DNA from: Candidatus Sumerlaeaceae bacterium | GTDB taxonomy: Bacteria; Sumerlaeota; Sumerlaeia; Sumerlaeales; Sumerlaeaceae | NCBI GenBank assembly: GCA_051003195.1 | Contig: JBPCLP010000020.1 | Location: 32,001 to 96,000 of the forward strand | Reading direction: 5' to 3' | DNA: 64,000 bases | Part shown: positions 20,735 through 29,944 of the stretch, piece after piece | How the letters are laid out: each line of letters begins with the position of its first letter | Position numbering within the stretch: the stretch's first letter is position 1 | Made by a program: the position numbers and the translations under genes | Notes under the pieces: generated by a model | Databases searched by the model: none | What the model saw: the letters and a program-made list of their open reading frames with translations, nothing else | Told to the model about the DNA's origin: nothing

Positions 20735-20878
20735 CCTTACTAGTTTGGGCAGCTCAACATTGAATGGGCTCTGGCGCGGCGCGGCTGCGAGGGGAATTCC
20801 CGGTTAAAATTAACACTTGCCTAAAATGGTCCGGGTGGCTGAATGGAAACTTACTATTAATGCAGAGGAGACGGCCTG

Positions 20879-21646
20879 ATGTATAAATATTTTTTTGCGC
20901 TCACACTTTCGGCGGTGGCGGGGGCAGGCTTCGGCTACACAAACTCGTATAGCGCGAATTTTAACACCTCGTTACCTGCGGGTTGGAGCGATCCATTTAA
21001 TGCGAACTCGGTACTGGTTGGCGGAGAGACAACTCCGGCGGACAGCCCGGCTTACAGTCCAACTCCAAACACTGCAACCGGCTTTAACAACAACGGCTGG
21101 TTACGAGTTGGTACCACTAACACCTCCAACTTCGGTATTACGCTCGCCCTGTGGGACGGTACGGGCGGCGGTGGCCTGACCGAGGCGGCCGATTACACGG
21201 TGGAAGCGGACGTTTTCATCGTGGTGCACCCGACGATTCGGCACCATCAGGGAATTGCCGGCCGTGCCACGGGAACGGACAATTTTCCGTTTGAGCTTTT
21301 CTACTCCAACCAGACTCCCGGCAATCCCGACGGCTTCGGCTGGCGCAATGGTGGTTCGACGAACACGTATGGCGCATTCCCGGCCGAGACTGGCAATAAG
21401 TGGGTTCACCTGAAGATGACTTTTCACGGAGCATTCGTGGATGTGTTCGTCGACAAAAATAAAGATTCTGTGTATGATTACACGTCGACCAACATCCCGC
21501 TGACGGCGACGACCGGCAAGGCCGGGTTCTTTTCGGTTTTGAACGACCCAACGGCAGGAAACGCCCCCGTGACAGGCCAGTATGCTTATTTCGACAGCTT
21601 CACGTACACACCAACTTCGGGTGTAAGTGACTGGTCGATTTACTAG
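20879..21646 (+). CDS. Exported T/G/N-rich beta-sandwich protein with C-terminal GVSDWSIY motif
   Basis: Signal peptide MYKYFFALTLSAVAGAGFG; GAGGAG RBS; DYTVEADV...WVHLKMTF...FDSF lectin-like pattern. Confidence 0.75.
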   Translation: MYKYFFALTLSAVAGAGFGYTNSYSANFNTSLPAGWSDPFNANSVLVGGETTPADSPAYSPTPNTATGFNNNGWLRVGTTNTSNFGITLALWDGTGGGGLTEAADYTVEADVFIVVHPTIRHHQGIAGRATGTDNFPFELFYSNQTPGNPDGFGWRNGGSTNTYGAFPAETGNKWVHLKMTFHGAFVDVFVDKNKDSVYDYTSTNIPLTATTGKAGFFSVLNDPTAGNAPVTGQYAYFDSFTYTPTSGVSDWSIY

Positions 21647-21671
21647 ACCTGGTAATTACACGCAGTTTTAG

Positions 21672-21707
21672 AAACCCCGGCAGCGGCTGACGCTGCCGGG
21701 GTTTTTT
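21672..21707 (+). terminator. Rho-independent terminator (probably bidirectional)
   Basis: AAA-CCCCGGCAGCG-gctga-CGCTGCCGGGG-TTTTTT between convergent genes. Confidence 0.9.
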
Positions 21708-21736
21708 GCGGATTCGGCACATTGGTGTGCCGATGA

Positions 21737-23197
21737 CTACTCGCTGGCTTCCGAAGCCTTCTTGCTTTTGCGTGCTTTGGGTTTGGTCTCCCCGTCGGGT
21801 TCCGAACCCTCGCCTTCGGCCTTCTCTTCGGTCGGAGCGACATAGTCGATCCTGGTTTTCTCTAACAGGAATGAGCGGATCTTGTTGAACCGGACCTGCT
21901 CGGTGAACTGGGTCCACTCGCGGCGCTTCTCCAGGGCGGCGCGGATGGCCACGGGTTTGCGGCCTTCCTGCTGGGCGCGTTCTTCGAGTGCGGCGTTAAC
22001 GTCGGAGTCGTCGGCCTGGATGTTCTCCTTCTTGCCAATGGCATCGATGAGAAGGAAGCCTTTGACGCGCATCTCTGCCGCCTTATCGAGCTCATCCTGG
22101 TACTGCGACCGCGTGCTGAGGCCGCGCATGCGCGGCGGCGTGACACCCGTCTGCGAGAGGTACATGTAGTCGCTTCGCGCCATCTCGCGCTCGACGTGTT
22201 CCTTGAGCGCATTGGGGACGTCAAACTCGTGGGCTTCGACGAGCTTGCCGGTAAGAGCCTCGAACGCCTCGTCGTGGTTTACATTATCGATGACCTTCTG
22301 CAGCGCCTGCCGAACGCCCTCGCGCATCTTCGCGACGCTGTCATAGCCGAGGTCCTTGGCGAACTCGTCGTCGATATCGGGAAGCTTTACTTCCTTCACC
22401 GTTTTCAATGTGACGGAATAGCGGGTGTCGCCGTCCTTCACTTCGCAGCTCTGACCGGCCTTTTTGCCGAACAGCGCGTGGGCAACGGCATGGGGCAGCT
22501 CGCCGTGCGGGTTCTCGTAAAGTTTGTCGGATTCCTGGAGAACGGTGTGGCCTTTCGCATCAACGCCCTTGATGTCGAGCACCGCCGCGTCGCCCTGCGC
22601 GAGTTCCTTGTCCGTCGCTTCTTCAAACGTTGAGCTCTGCTGGCGTAATTCTTCGATGCGGCGGTCGATCATCTCGTCGGTGAGTTTCACCTCCGGCACT
22701 TCCACACCCAGTCCGGTGTAATCTTTTGGCTCGATCTCAGGTTTCACTTCTACCTCGAGCGTGACGCGCACCGGCTTGCCTTCTTCGGCAGCATAGTCGG
22801 TGATCGCCGGCACACCGTACAGCGTGACCTGCCTGGTCTGCTCGTACTCGCGAACGATCATCGGTGTGATCTTCTCAATGACGTCATTGTTCGCTTCCTT
22901 GAGGTAGCGGCGCTGAAGCAGCTTGAGCGGAACCTTGCCCTTGCGGAAACCTTCGATGGAAGCGTTGGCCTGCAGGTCTTTGAAAAGGCTGGCAACGCGG
23001 GGATCGAAATCGTCGCGCGGAATTTCCACAACGACGCGCCGGCGCGCTTTGGGCAGGTTTTCTTCCTCGATTACGGTATGCGCCACGCGCTCCTCGCGTT
23101 GCTCGCGAACCTTTTGAACGGCCGCGTCAAGCACGCCGCCTTCTGATCCTGCGTCTGCCTTCGGGGCGGCGACGCCGCCTTCCTTCTCGTCAGCCAC
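21737..23197 (-). CDS. tig: Trigger factor
   Basis: Ribosome-binding GFRKGKVP, EVKPEI..DYTG, LPDIDDEFAKDLG; AGGAG RBS before GTG. Confidence 0.92.
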   Translation of the reverse strand: MADEKEGGVAAPKADAGSEGGVLDAAVQKVREQREERVAHTVIEEENLPKARRRVVVEIPRDDFDPRVASLFKDLQANASIEGFRKGKVPLKLLQRRYLKEANNDVIEKITPMIVREYEQTRQVTLYGVPAITDYAAEEGKPVRVTLEVEVKPEIEPKDYTGLGVEVPEVKLTDEMIDRRIEELRQQSSTFEEATDKELAQGDAAVLDIKGVDAKGHTVLQESDKLYENPHGELPHAVAHALFGKKAGQSCEVKDGDTRYSVTLKTVKEVKLPDIDDEFAKDLGYDSVAKMREGVRQALQKVIDNVNHDEAFEALTGKLVEAHEFDVPNALKEHVEREMARSDYMYLSQTGVTPPRMRGLSTRSQYQDELDKAAEMRVKGFLLIDAIGKKENIQADDSDVNAALEERAQQEGRKPVAIRAALEKRREWTQFTEQVRFNKIRSFLLEKTRIDYVAPTEEKAEGEGSEPDGETKPKARKSKKASEASE

Positions 23198-23333
23198 TGC
23201 AAGTGTCTCCTGGTTTGTGTTCCGGTACGCCCTCGGGGGTTACCTGCGCGGGCGCCTGAAGCTTCATTGATTACTTTATAGTAAGGCTGGAAGCGCGCAC
23301 ACTGGGCGCAACCCTAAAAGAGAATGCAGCATT

Positions 23334-23361
23334 AAAATTCGGAATTCAAAATTCATAATTC
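23334..23361. repeat. Heptamer tandem repeat (nnAATTC) x4
   Basis: aaaattc-ggaattc-aaaattc-ataattc in the pilU-tig spacer. Confidence 0.6.
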
Positions 23362-23455
23362 GCGCGTTCACGCGTGGGCGATCGTAGAGGAACCAGGTCC
23401 CTGCCATGCCTCCGCCGCAAACAGCGCGCAAAAGCAAAAGTGTGTCTTACCCGTG

Positions 23456-24538
23456 TCAGGCGAAGCCGCTGCCGCCAAAGCCTTTCATGCGAAGCTTCAG
23501 GTCGTTCGACGAGTCGGCGAATTTGAGCGCGGTGTCTTCATCGATAATCCCACGCCGCGTCAGGTCCAGCAGTGCCAAGTCGAATGTCTGCATGCCTTCG
23601 CGTTCGCCTTTCATCATCACGTTTTTGAGTTCCTGCACGTTACCCTGCATGATGAGGTCCTGCACGCGTGGAGTGTTGAGCATGATCTCGACGGCGGCGG
23701 CACGGCCACCGTCCATTTTCGGGACCAGCCTCTGGCAGATGATCGCGCGCAGGTTGAGGCCGAGCTGCATGAGCACCTGGCGCTCCTGCTCTGCCGGGAA
23801 CAGGTTAAGAATTCGATCCAGTGTCTGGTTGGCGCTGTTGGTGTGCAGGGTGGCCAGTACAAGGTGTCCCGTGTCCGACGCGTGGATGGAAAACTTGGCA
23901 GTTTCGGCATCGCGGATTTCGCCGATAAGGATTACCTTCGGCGCCTGGCGAAGCGCGCTTTTGAGCGCCTCTTCGTACGAGCGGGTGTCGATGCCGACTT
24001 CGCGCTGGCTGATGATGCAGCCTTTGTGTTCGTGCACGAACTCAATCGGGTCTTCGATTGTAACAATGTGGCCGGTTGAGTTCTGGTTTCGGTAATCGAT
24101 CATGGCTGCGAGCGTCGTACTTTTACCGCTGCCGGTGGCTCCCGTTACCAGCACGATGCCTCGTTCGTACATCACCGCCGTGTTGAGCACTGCCGGCAGA
24201 CCGAGCTGTTCTACGCTGAGGATGTTTGGCTTGATCAGGCGGGCCACCATGGCTGGGGTGCCGCGCTGGTAGTAAACGTTGATGCGGAACCGCCAGATCG
24301 CCACCTTGTACGAGAGGTTCATTTCCAGCTTTTCCTGCAACTCGGCAAACTGGCTTTCGCTCGTCGCCTCTTTAGTGAGAGAAGCCATCGTTTCGGGGGT
24401 CACGTACTCCGGGCCGATTTCCTGCAGGACGCCTTGCACGAGTACGGAAGGCTTGGCGTCAACGGTGAGATACAGGTCCGACGCTTCCAGTTCCGCGGTC
24501 TTGTGCAGCAGATTTTCGAGTTTGTAGCTGGTTTCCAA
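23456..24538 (-). CDS. pilU: PilT/PilU family type IV pilus retraction ATPase (PilU-like)
   Basis: GATGSGKST, TIEDPIEF, ALRQAPKVILIGEIRD, TGHLVLATLHT, GMQTFD; directly downstream of pilT. Confidence 0.85.
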   Translation of the reverse strand: METSYKLENLLHKTAELEASDLYLTVDAKPSVLVQGVLQEIGPEYVTPETMASLTKEATSESQFAELQEKLEMNLSYKVAIWRFRINVYYQRGTPAMVARLIKPNILSVEQLGLPAVLNTAVMYERGIVLVTGATGSGKSTTLAAMIDYRNQNSTGHIVTIEDPIEFVHEHKGCIISQREVGIDTRSYEEALKSALRQAPKVILIGEIRDAETAKFSIHASDTGHLVLATLHTNSANQTLDRILNLFPAEQERQVLMQLGLNLRAIICQRLVPKMDGGRAAAVEIMLNTPRVQDLIMQGNVQELKNVMMKGEREGMQTFDLALLDLTRRGIIDEDTALKFADSSNDLKLRMKGFGGSGFA

Positions 24539-24567
24539 AGGTCGTCCGATCGTGCTGGTATTCGCCG

Positions 24568-25890
24568 CTATTTCTTCTTACCGTACATCTGCATCCAGTC
24601 GTCGTTGCTTATTGCTGCGGGGCCGCTCTCCTCCGTCTCTGGCTGCTCGGATGCGGATTCCGCAGATGCAGGTTGCGACGAAGCTGCCGGCCGCGCCGGC
24701 GCGCGATTCTGCTCGGATGCGTACGCCTGCGATTGCGATGCGCGGATATTCGAAGAGGGCGGTGCAGCGCCGAGGCCCGGTCCGCTTTGACCGCCCCCGC
24801 TGAAAACCGTACTCGCAGCCTGGGTGAACGTCGGCTCGTCCTGGCCTTCTGCAAACAGGAATTTGTTGTTCGCCTTTTCCAGGGCAGCGTCTTTGGTAAT
24901 CTCGCCTTCGATGACGAACTGCTTAAGCTGCTGGTCCATGCTCTGCATTCCAAATTTCGCGCTTACCTGGATGATGGACGGTAGCTGGTGCGTCTTGGAT
25001 TCGCGAATGAGCGACCTGACGGCGACAGTCCCGGTCATAATTTCCATGGCACAGATGCGGCCAGTGCCGCGCATTTTCGGGATGAGTGTCTGGCAGACGA
25101 CCGCCTGGATACTTTCACTAAGCATGATGCGCACCTGCTCCTGCTGGTTCGGCGGGAAAACGTCGACCAGGCGGTCGACCGTTTTAGGTGCGCTTGAGGT
25201 GTGGAGTGTGCCGAATACGAGGTGGCCTGTCTCAGCGGCAGTCAGTGCAAGGCTGATGGTTTCAAGGTCGCGCAGTTCGCCAACGAGAATGACGTCCGGA
25301 TCCTCACGCAGCGCACTTCGCAATGCATTCGCAAAACTATGGGTGTGCGGACCAACCTCACGCTGATTGACGAGGCAGCGCTTGTGCTGGTGGACAAACT
25401 CTACCGGATCTTCGATGGTGAGAATATGGTGATTCTTGTTCTCATTGATGAAGTCGACCATCGCGGCGAGAGTGGTGCTCTTGCCGCTGCCGGTTGGCCC
25501 CGTCACAAGCACGAGCCCGCGCGGGAGGTAGCACAGTTCCTTGAGCACTGCAGGCATTTTTAGCTCATCGAGCGTGCGGATTTTCGTGGGGATCACGCGG
25601 AAGACGGCGCCATCGCCGCGGCGGTTTAGATAGATGTTTGCGCGGAAGCGGACCGACTCACCAAACTCCAGCGCGAAATCGAGTTCATGGTCACGCTCGA
25701 CGCGTTTCTTCTGGTCGTCGGTCAGGATGCTATAGATCATCTCGTGAAGTGAATCACGATCGAGCGGCGGCAGCGGCAGTGGACGAATTTCGCCGTGGAT
25801 TCGCTGTGCCGGGGGACTGCCAACGGTAAGGTGGAGATCGGACGCGCCGCGGTTCTGGGTATCGATCAGCAGGTCAGCGAGATCCATCAC
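24568..25890 (-). CDS. pilT: Type IV pilus retraction ATPase PilT with low-complexity C-terminal tail
   Basis: ASDLHL, GPTGSGKST, TIEDPVEF, ALREDPDVILVGELRD, AAETGHLVFGTLHT, AVRSLIRE. Confidence 0.95.
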   Translation of the reverse strand: MMDLADLLIDTQNRGASDLHLTVGSPPAQRIHGEIRPLPLPPLDRDSLHEMIYSILTDDQKKRVERDHELDFALEFGESVRFRANIYLNRRGDGAVFRVIPTKIRTLDELKMPAVLKELCYLPRGLVLVTGPTGSGKSTTLAAMVDFINENKNHHILTIEDPVEFVHQHKRCLVNQREVGPHTHSFANALRSALREDPDVILVGELRDLETISLALTAAETGHLVFGTLHTSSAPKTVDRLVDVFPPNQQEQVRIMLSESIQAVVCQTLIPKMRGTGRICAMEIMTGTVAVRSLIRESKTHQLPSIIQVSAKFGMQSMDQQLKQFVIEGEITKDAALEKANNKFLFAEGQDEPTFTQAASTVFSGGGQSGPGLGAAPPSSNIRASQSQAYASEQNRAPARPAASSQPASAESASEQPETEESGPAAISNDDWMQMYGKKK

Positions 25891-27233
25891 TGTGCTCCTT
25901 CGCTTGTTGCATTAATCACGGCGTTTCCGTTGCTGCTGGAATCAGAAGCGGTGAGATCGAGCAGGGCCGTCGGAATGCGACGCCGCAACTCCTCGATGTC
26001 TGGTGAAACATCTGCTCCCGCCGCGGTTTTGCCGGGCGCGCATACTATGATCGCAGGTGGATTGATCCGCATGCTCAATAATCGGTATACGTCGGCCGGT
26101 GATGGCGGCGCATCGAAGATGACGCAGGTTGGGCAGACCCCGCTTGCTGCCTCTGCGAGATTTGTAATACCCGCGGGAAAAGCGTAGACGCTTTCGTAAT
26201 AGCGCCGAGTCGAATCCTGCACAAGCATGATAACGTGCGCACCGGAGAAGTCCAGCAGGAGGTCTTCCAGGAACTGTTCGAGAGTACTAAGCGATTGATA
26301 GAGCACAATGCTGCAATGGCCGGACTCCAGCACCGGAATATTTCGAGCGTCGGGCGCGCTACTGGATTGCGCAAGATGTTCGAGGGGGCGCAAGCGCACC
26401 ATGGGTGCGTGCAGGGAGCCAGCCGTGGATACACGCACTTCGAATAAGCGTCCGTCGAGTCGCAGCGGGGTCTCCCACATTCCCGCTCGCTCTGAAGTAT
26501 ACTCCAGTGTGATGCAATTGCGCAGCAGCGCATCGCGGACGGCATTGAACGCATGGTGCCCGAAGCGGTGAATCTCTTCGAGCCCGGCGGTAGCAGACTG
26601 CCGGGCGACCTGGCATTCGTCGCCGAGTTGCCGAAGCACCAGGTCCGTGTACGGCTGCTGAAGCGCTGTGGTGATCAGCCAGTTGGAAAAGCCGGGGTCG
26701 GTTGGCTGCGGTATGACAGCTTCCAGGCGGCACTCCATCGGTGTTGTTTGCGCAGCGACGGATGACTTGGAATGCGGCAGGCGATCACTCAGTGATTCGA
26801 TGCAACGCCTCAGTTGACCGGCGTCGGCGAGCTGAGGCGAAATCGTGTATGCGGGTGCCAAAGCGGAAAGTTCGGACAGACCGGTTGTGGCGTTAGGATC
26901 GCTCATGACCACAACCAATTCGTCACCCACTTCGATCAGGGGAAGCAACTGGTGCTGCTGCAACAGCTCCAGTGGAAAACGCCGGACGAGCCTTTCGTCG
27001 ATCATCGAAGGGTGCAGCTCCATCGGGCGCACGCCATATTGCTCGCCCAGTACGTATTGAAGCGCGTCGCGGGTAACGTAGCCCAGGGCGAGCAGCGCCT
27101 CTCCGACGCGGATGCCGTCCCGCTTTGCGGCTGCGAGCGCTTCCTCCAGTTGCTCATCGGATACAATGCCCTTTTCGAGCAGCATCTGACCAATGGCCTT
27201 ATTGCTGACGCGATCCAGAAATGCCGTTGCCAT
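25887..27233 (-). CDS. PilB/GspE-like protein with MshEN-type N-terminus and degenerate ATPase region
   Basis: IGQMLLEKGIVSDEQLEEAL...RVGEALLALGYVTRDALQYVLGEQ, LLPL...LVVVMSDP; no Walker A; AAGGAG RBS. Confidence 0.75.
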   Translation of the reverse strand: MATAFLDRVSNKAIGQMLLEKGIVSDEQLEEALAAAKRDGIRVGEALLALGYVTRDALQYVLGEQYGVRPMELHPSMIDERLVRRFPLELLQQHQLLPLIEVGDELVVVMSDPNATTGLSELSALAPAYTISPQLADAGQLRRCIESLSDRLPHSKSSVAAQTTPMECRLEAVIPQPTDPGFSNWLITTALQQPYTDLVLRQLGDECQVARQSATAGLEEIHRFGHHAFNAVRDALLRNCITLEYTSERAGMWETPLRLDGRLFEVRVSTAGSLHAPMVRLRPLEHLAQSSSAPDARNIPVLESGHCSIVLYQSLSTLEQFLEDLLLDFSGAHVIMLVQDSTRRYYESVYAFPAGITNLAEAASGVCPTCVIFDAPPSPADVYRLLSMRINPPAIIVCAPGKTAAGADVSPDIEELRRRIPTALLDLTASDSSSNGNAVINATSEGAQ

Positions 27234-27429
27234 TTCGACTCCTTCGGAAGTGCAGTTCACCGCACGGTGGTGGCTATGTTGGGCGCAAGAGGGTAAATCA
27301 AGGAAACGAAGCCGAGGAGCGCATCAGATGCAGGCAGCGCCCGTCAGAAATGAGGACCGCTTTATGTAACGCGCTGGCGGTCTCGGTATTCGTGATTTAT
27401 GGAAGGGAAGAGCGGGCTGCCGTATGTAA

Positions 27430-28653
27430 TTATTCGTAGCGCAGGGCGTCGATAGGGTGGAGGCGTGCGGCTCGAAGCGCGGGGTACCACCCCGATGTGA
27501 TGCCAACCAGCACAGAAGTGAAAAACGCGAGGAGCAGTGGTGCGAGTTGAATGGGCGCGCCGAACGCCTCTCCATTGACATGCTGCGTGATCTGGTTGAA
27601 CAAAACGACAGCACCCACCCCAACCGCGATTCCGACGACTCCACCCAGTGTGCTGAGTGTGAGCGCTTCGAGCAGGAACTGCCCGAGCAGGTCCCTGTCA
27701 CGTGCGCCCAATGCTTTGCGGACTCCGATTTCCCGTGTGCGCTCCGTCACCGTCACGAGCATAATGTTCATAATGTTGACGCCGCCAACGAGCAGCGAAA
27801 TGCCGGCGACACCGGAAAGCAGCAGGGTAAATACGCGGCTGACGTCGTTCAGCGAATCCACGGCAGCCTGGAGGTTGCGAACGGTAAAGTCATCCTCGGC
27901 ACCAGGCTGAATTCGGTGGCGCTTGCGGAGCACGGCCTCGACGGATGCCTGCGCCTGGGCCATGTCCACGCCGTCGCGAACTTTGCAGTAAATCTGATCG
28001 AGGTGGTCCTGGCCGAGTACCTGGTGCATCGCAGTTGTGTAAGGTATCCAGATGTTGTCATCGGAGTATTCGTCCTTCGGTTTGGCGACACCCACGACAG
28101 TGAAGTTGATGCCTTTGACTTTTATGGTTTCGCCGACAGCGAGGTCGAGATCGGCCCCGAAAAGGTCCGTCGCCGGTTTGTTGCCCAGCACGGCGACACG
28201 GGAAGCGCGTTCGACGTCTGCATCTGTGAAGATGCGCCCGTGAGCGATGGGAAAACTTCGAATATCGAAATAGGTGGGAGCCTCCCCGTTGACCTCGGTT
28301 TTGCAATTCTTGTTCATGTATTTGACCTGCGCGTCACCGTCGAGATCCGGGGTGACTGCAACGACTTCCGGCACTTGCGCAAGAATGGCTTCGGCGTCTT
28401 CGGGGATGAGGTTTTGCTGCATGCCCGTGCGTACGCCGCTGCTGCCGCCACGCTGGGCAGCCCGCACCGATAGAAGATTGGCGCCGAAGGAGCGTACCTG
28501 GGCAGTGATTTTCTCACGGGTTCCTGCGCCCAATGCCAGCATTGCAATAACCGACGCGACACCGATGATAATGCCCAGAGTGGTGAGCAGCGCGCGAAGC
28601 TTGTGCGCGCGCAGCGCCCGAAATGCAACCCGAAGCAACGTTGTGAACAGCAC
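27430..28653 (-). CDS. MacB/FtsX-family ABC transporter permease
   Basis: LTTLGIIIGVASVI, ISLLVGGVNIMNIMLVTVTERTREIGVRKALGA, YPALRAARLHPIDALRYE. Confidence 0.93.
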   Translation of the reverse strand: MLFTTLLRVAFRALRAHKLRALLTTLGIIIGVASVIAMLALGAGTREKITAQVRSFGANLLSVRAAQRGGSSGVRTGMQQNLIPEDAEAILAQVPEVVAVTPDLDGDAQVKYMNKNCKTEVNGEAPTYFDIRSFPIAHGRIFTDADVERASRVAVLGNKPATDLFGADLDLAVGETIKVKGINFTVVGVAKPKDEYSDDNIWIPYTTAMHQVLGQDHLDQIYCKVRDGVDMAQAQASVEAVLRKRHRIQPGAEDDFTVRNLQAAVDSLNDVSRVFTLLLSGVAGISLLVGGVNIMNIMLVTVTERTREIGVRKALGARDRDLLGQFLLEALTLSTLGGVVGIAVGVGAVVLFNQITQHVNGEAFGAPIQLAPLLLAFFTSVLVGITSGWYPALRAARLHPIDALRYE

Positions 28654-28690
28654 GTGGACTAATACAGCTTCAGGCGATCAGGTGTTTGCT

Positions 28691-29329
28691 TCATGCTTCA
28701 TTTTTAATCTCGGTGAACAGCAATGTGGCAATGGATTTGAGCAGTTCGTCGCGACCATTGCGCTCAGTCGTGCTGTAAAGTTGGATGGCGAAAGGCTGAA
28801 ACGGCTTCAGCTCCTTTGAGATTCGCTGCAGCGCCTCCGCCTGGTGCGACCGCACCAGTTTGTCGGCTTTGGTGAGCACCGCGATGAACGGAATGCGATA
28901 GTGTTTCAGCCAGCGCAGCAGCGCAATATCTTCGTCGCTCAACTCGCGCCTGATATCGAACAGCGCGCAAATGGCACGCAGCTCCTTGTTACCTTCGAGG
29001 TACCCGCGAATCATTTCGTCCCATGTTGCTTTTACACTTCGGGGAGCTTTGGCAAAACCGTAGCCGGGCAGGTCGACAAAACGTATCGTGTCGTTTACCA
29101 CGAAGAAGTTTACGAGCTGCGTGCGCCCGGGAGTGTTTGAGACTTTTGCAATGCGCTTGCGGTTAACGAGCGAATTGAGCAGCGACGATTTGCCGACATT
29201 GGACCGTCCGACAAATGCAATTTCCGGCATAAGGGAAACTTTTGGAAAATGCTGCGGACGCGTGCCGCTCTTTTCGAATTGGACGCTTCGGATTTCCAGC
29301 GCCGCTATTGCGTCCTCGTGCCCAGGCAT
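28691..29329 (-). CDS. engB: Ribosome biogenesis GTPase YihA/YsxC
   Basis: GRSNVGKSS, TPGRTQ, DLPGYG, TKADK. Confidence 0.96.
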   Translation of the reverse strand: MPGHEDAIAALEIRSVQFEKSGTRPQHFPKVSLMPEIAFVGRSNVGKSSLLNSLVNRKRIAKVSNTPGRTQLVNFFVVNDTIRFVDLPGYGFAKAPRSVKATWDEMIRGYLEGNKELRAICALFDIRRELSDEDIALLRWLKHYRIPFIAVLTKADKLVRSHQAEALQRISKELKPFQPFAIQLYSTTERNGRDELLKSIATLLFTEIKNEA

Positions 29330-29335
29330 TCTCTG

Positions 29336-29944
29336 TCAGCTCGTTCGGGTGATTGCCGTATTTGCGATGAGCGGACTACTGACATCGATGTGACCGTGCA
29401 AGGTTGGCACTTTTTCCCCATCGATCAGAATCTGCACAGCGTCGATACTTTCGAGATTAAACAGGATACTGTTTACGATGGAATAGACGGCGAGCAGCTC
29501 GGCGTCCACTCCGCCGCGCAGGTTCGTCATCACTTCACGCGAGAGATTCACGATTGCCAGGTTGTCCTTGATGAAAACCGTGACGACCTTTGTGCCGGAG
29601 GGAACCGGCGTCTTCAACCCGGCGGCGTCCTTGCCCTCGATCAGGCTCTCGACGATCTTGCGAGCTTTGTCGGCCGGACTCATGCCGAGGTCGCCCGCGG
29701 TTGCTACGGTGCTGACAAGCTGCTTTCCGTCCTTTGTGTAGTAGAGCATCACCTGGTTCGGGCCAAGCCGATCTGCCCCCTTTTTGAAGAGCGAAGTCAG
29801 CGGATTCGTGCCGGCGGTCGCAGCCCCGGACTGGAAGTAGTAGTAGATGCCCGTAAGCCCGAGTACAATAACAACGAGCGCAATGGTGATAACGGTGAAG
29901 GCGAAACGGCCGAAGGTCGGGTCGCGCGGTACGTTTGGATCCAT
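29336..29944 (-). CDS. Membrane-anchored GerMN domain protein
   Basis: N-terminal TM; AIVNLS...ELLAVYSIVNSI...VQILIDGEKVPTLHGHID. Confidence 0.88.
   Translation of the reverse strand: MDPNVPRDPTFGRFAFTVITIALVVIVLGLTGIYYYFQSGAATAGTNPLTSLFKKGADRLGPNQVMLYYTKDGKQLVSTVATAGDLGMSPADKARKIVESLIEGKDAAGLKTPVPSGTKVVTVFIKDNLAIVNLSREVMTNLRGGVDAELLAVYSIVNSILFNLESIDAVQILIDGEKVPTLHGHIDVSSPLIANTAITRTS

Noticed and set aside
23198..23455. Possible tRNA upstream of tig
   Set aside because: No cloverleaf, T-loop or CCA recognisable on either strand.
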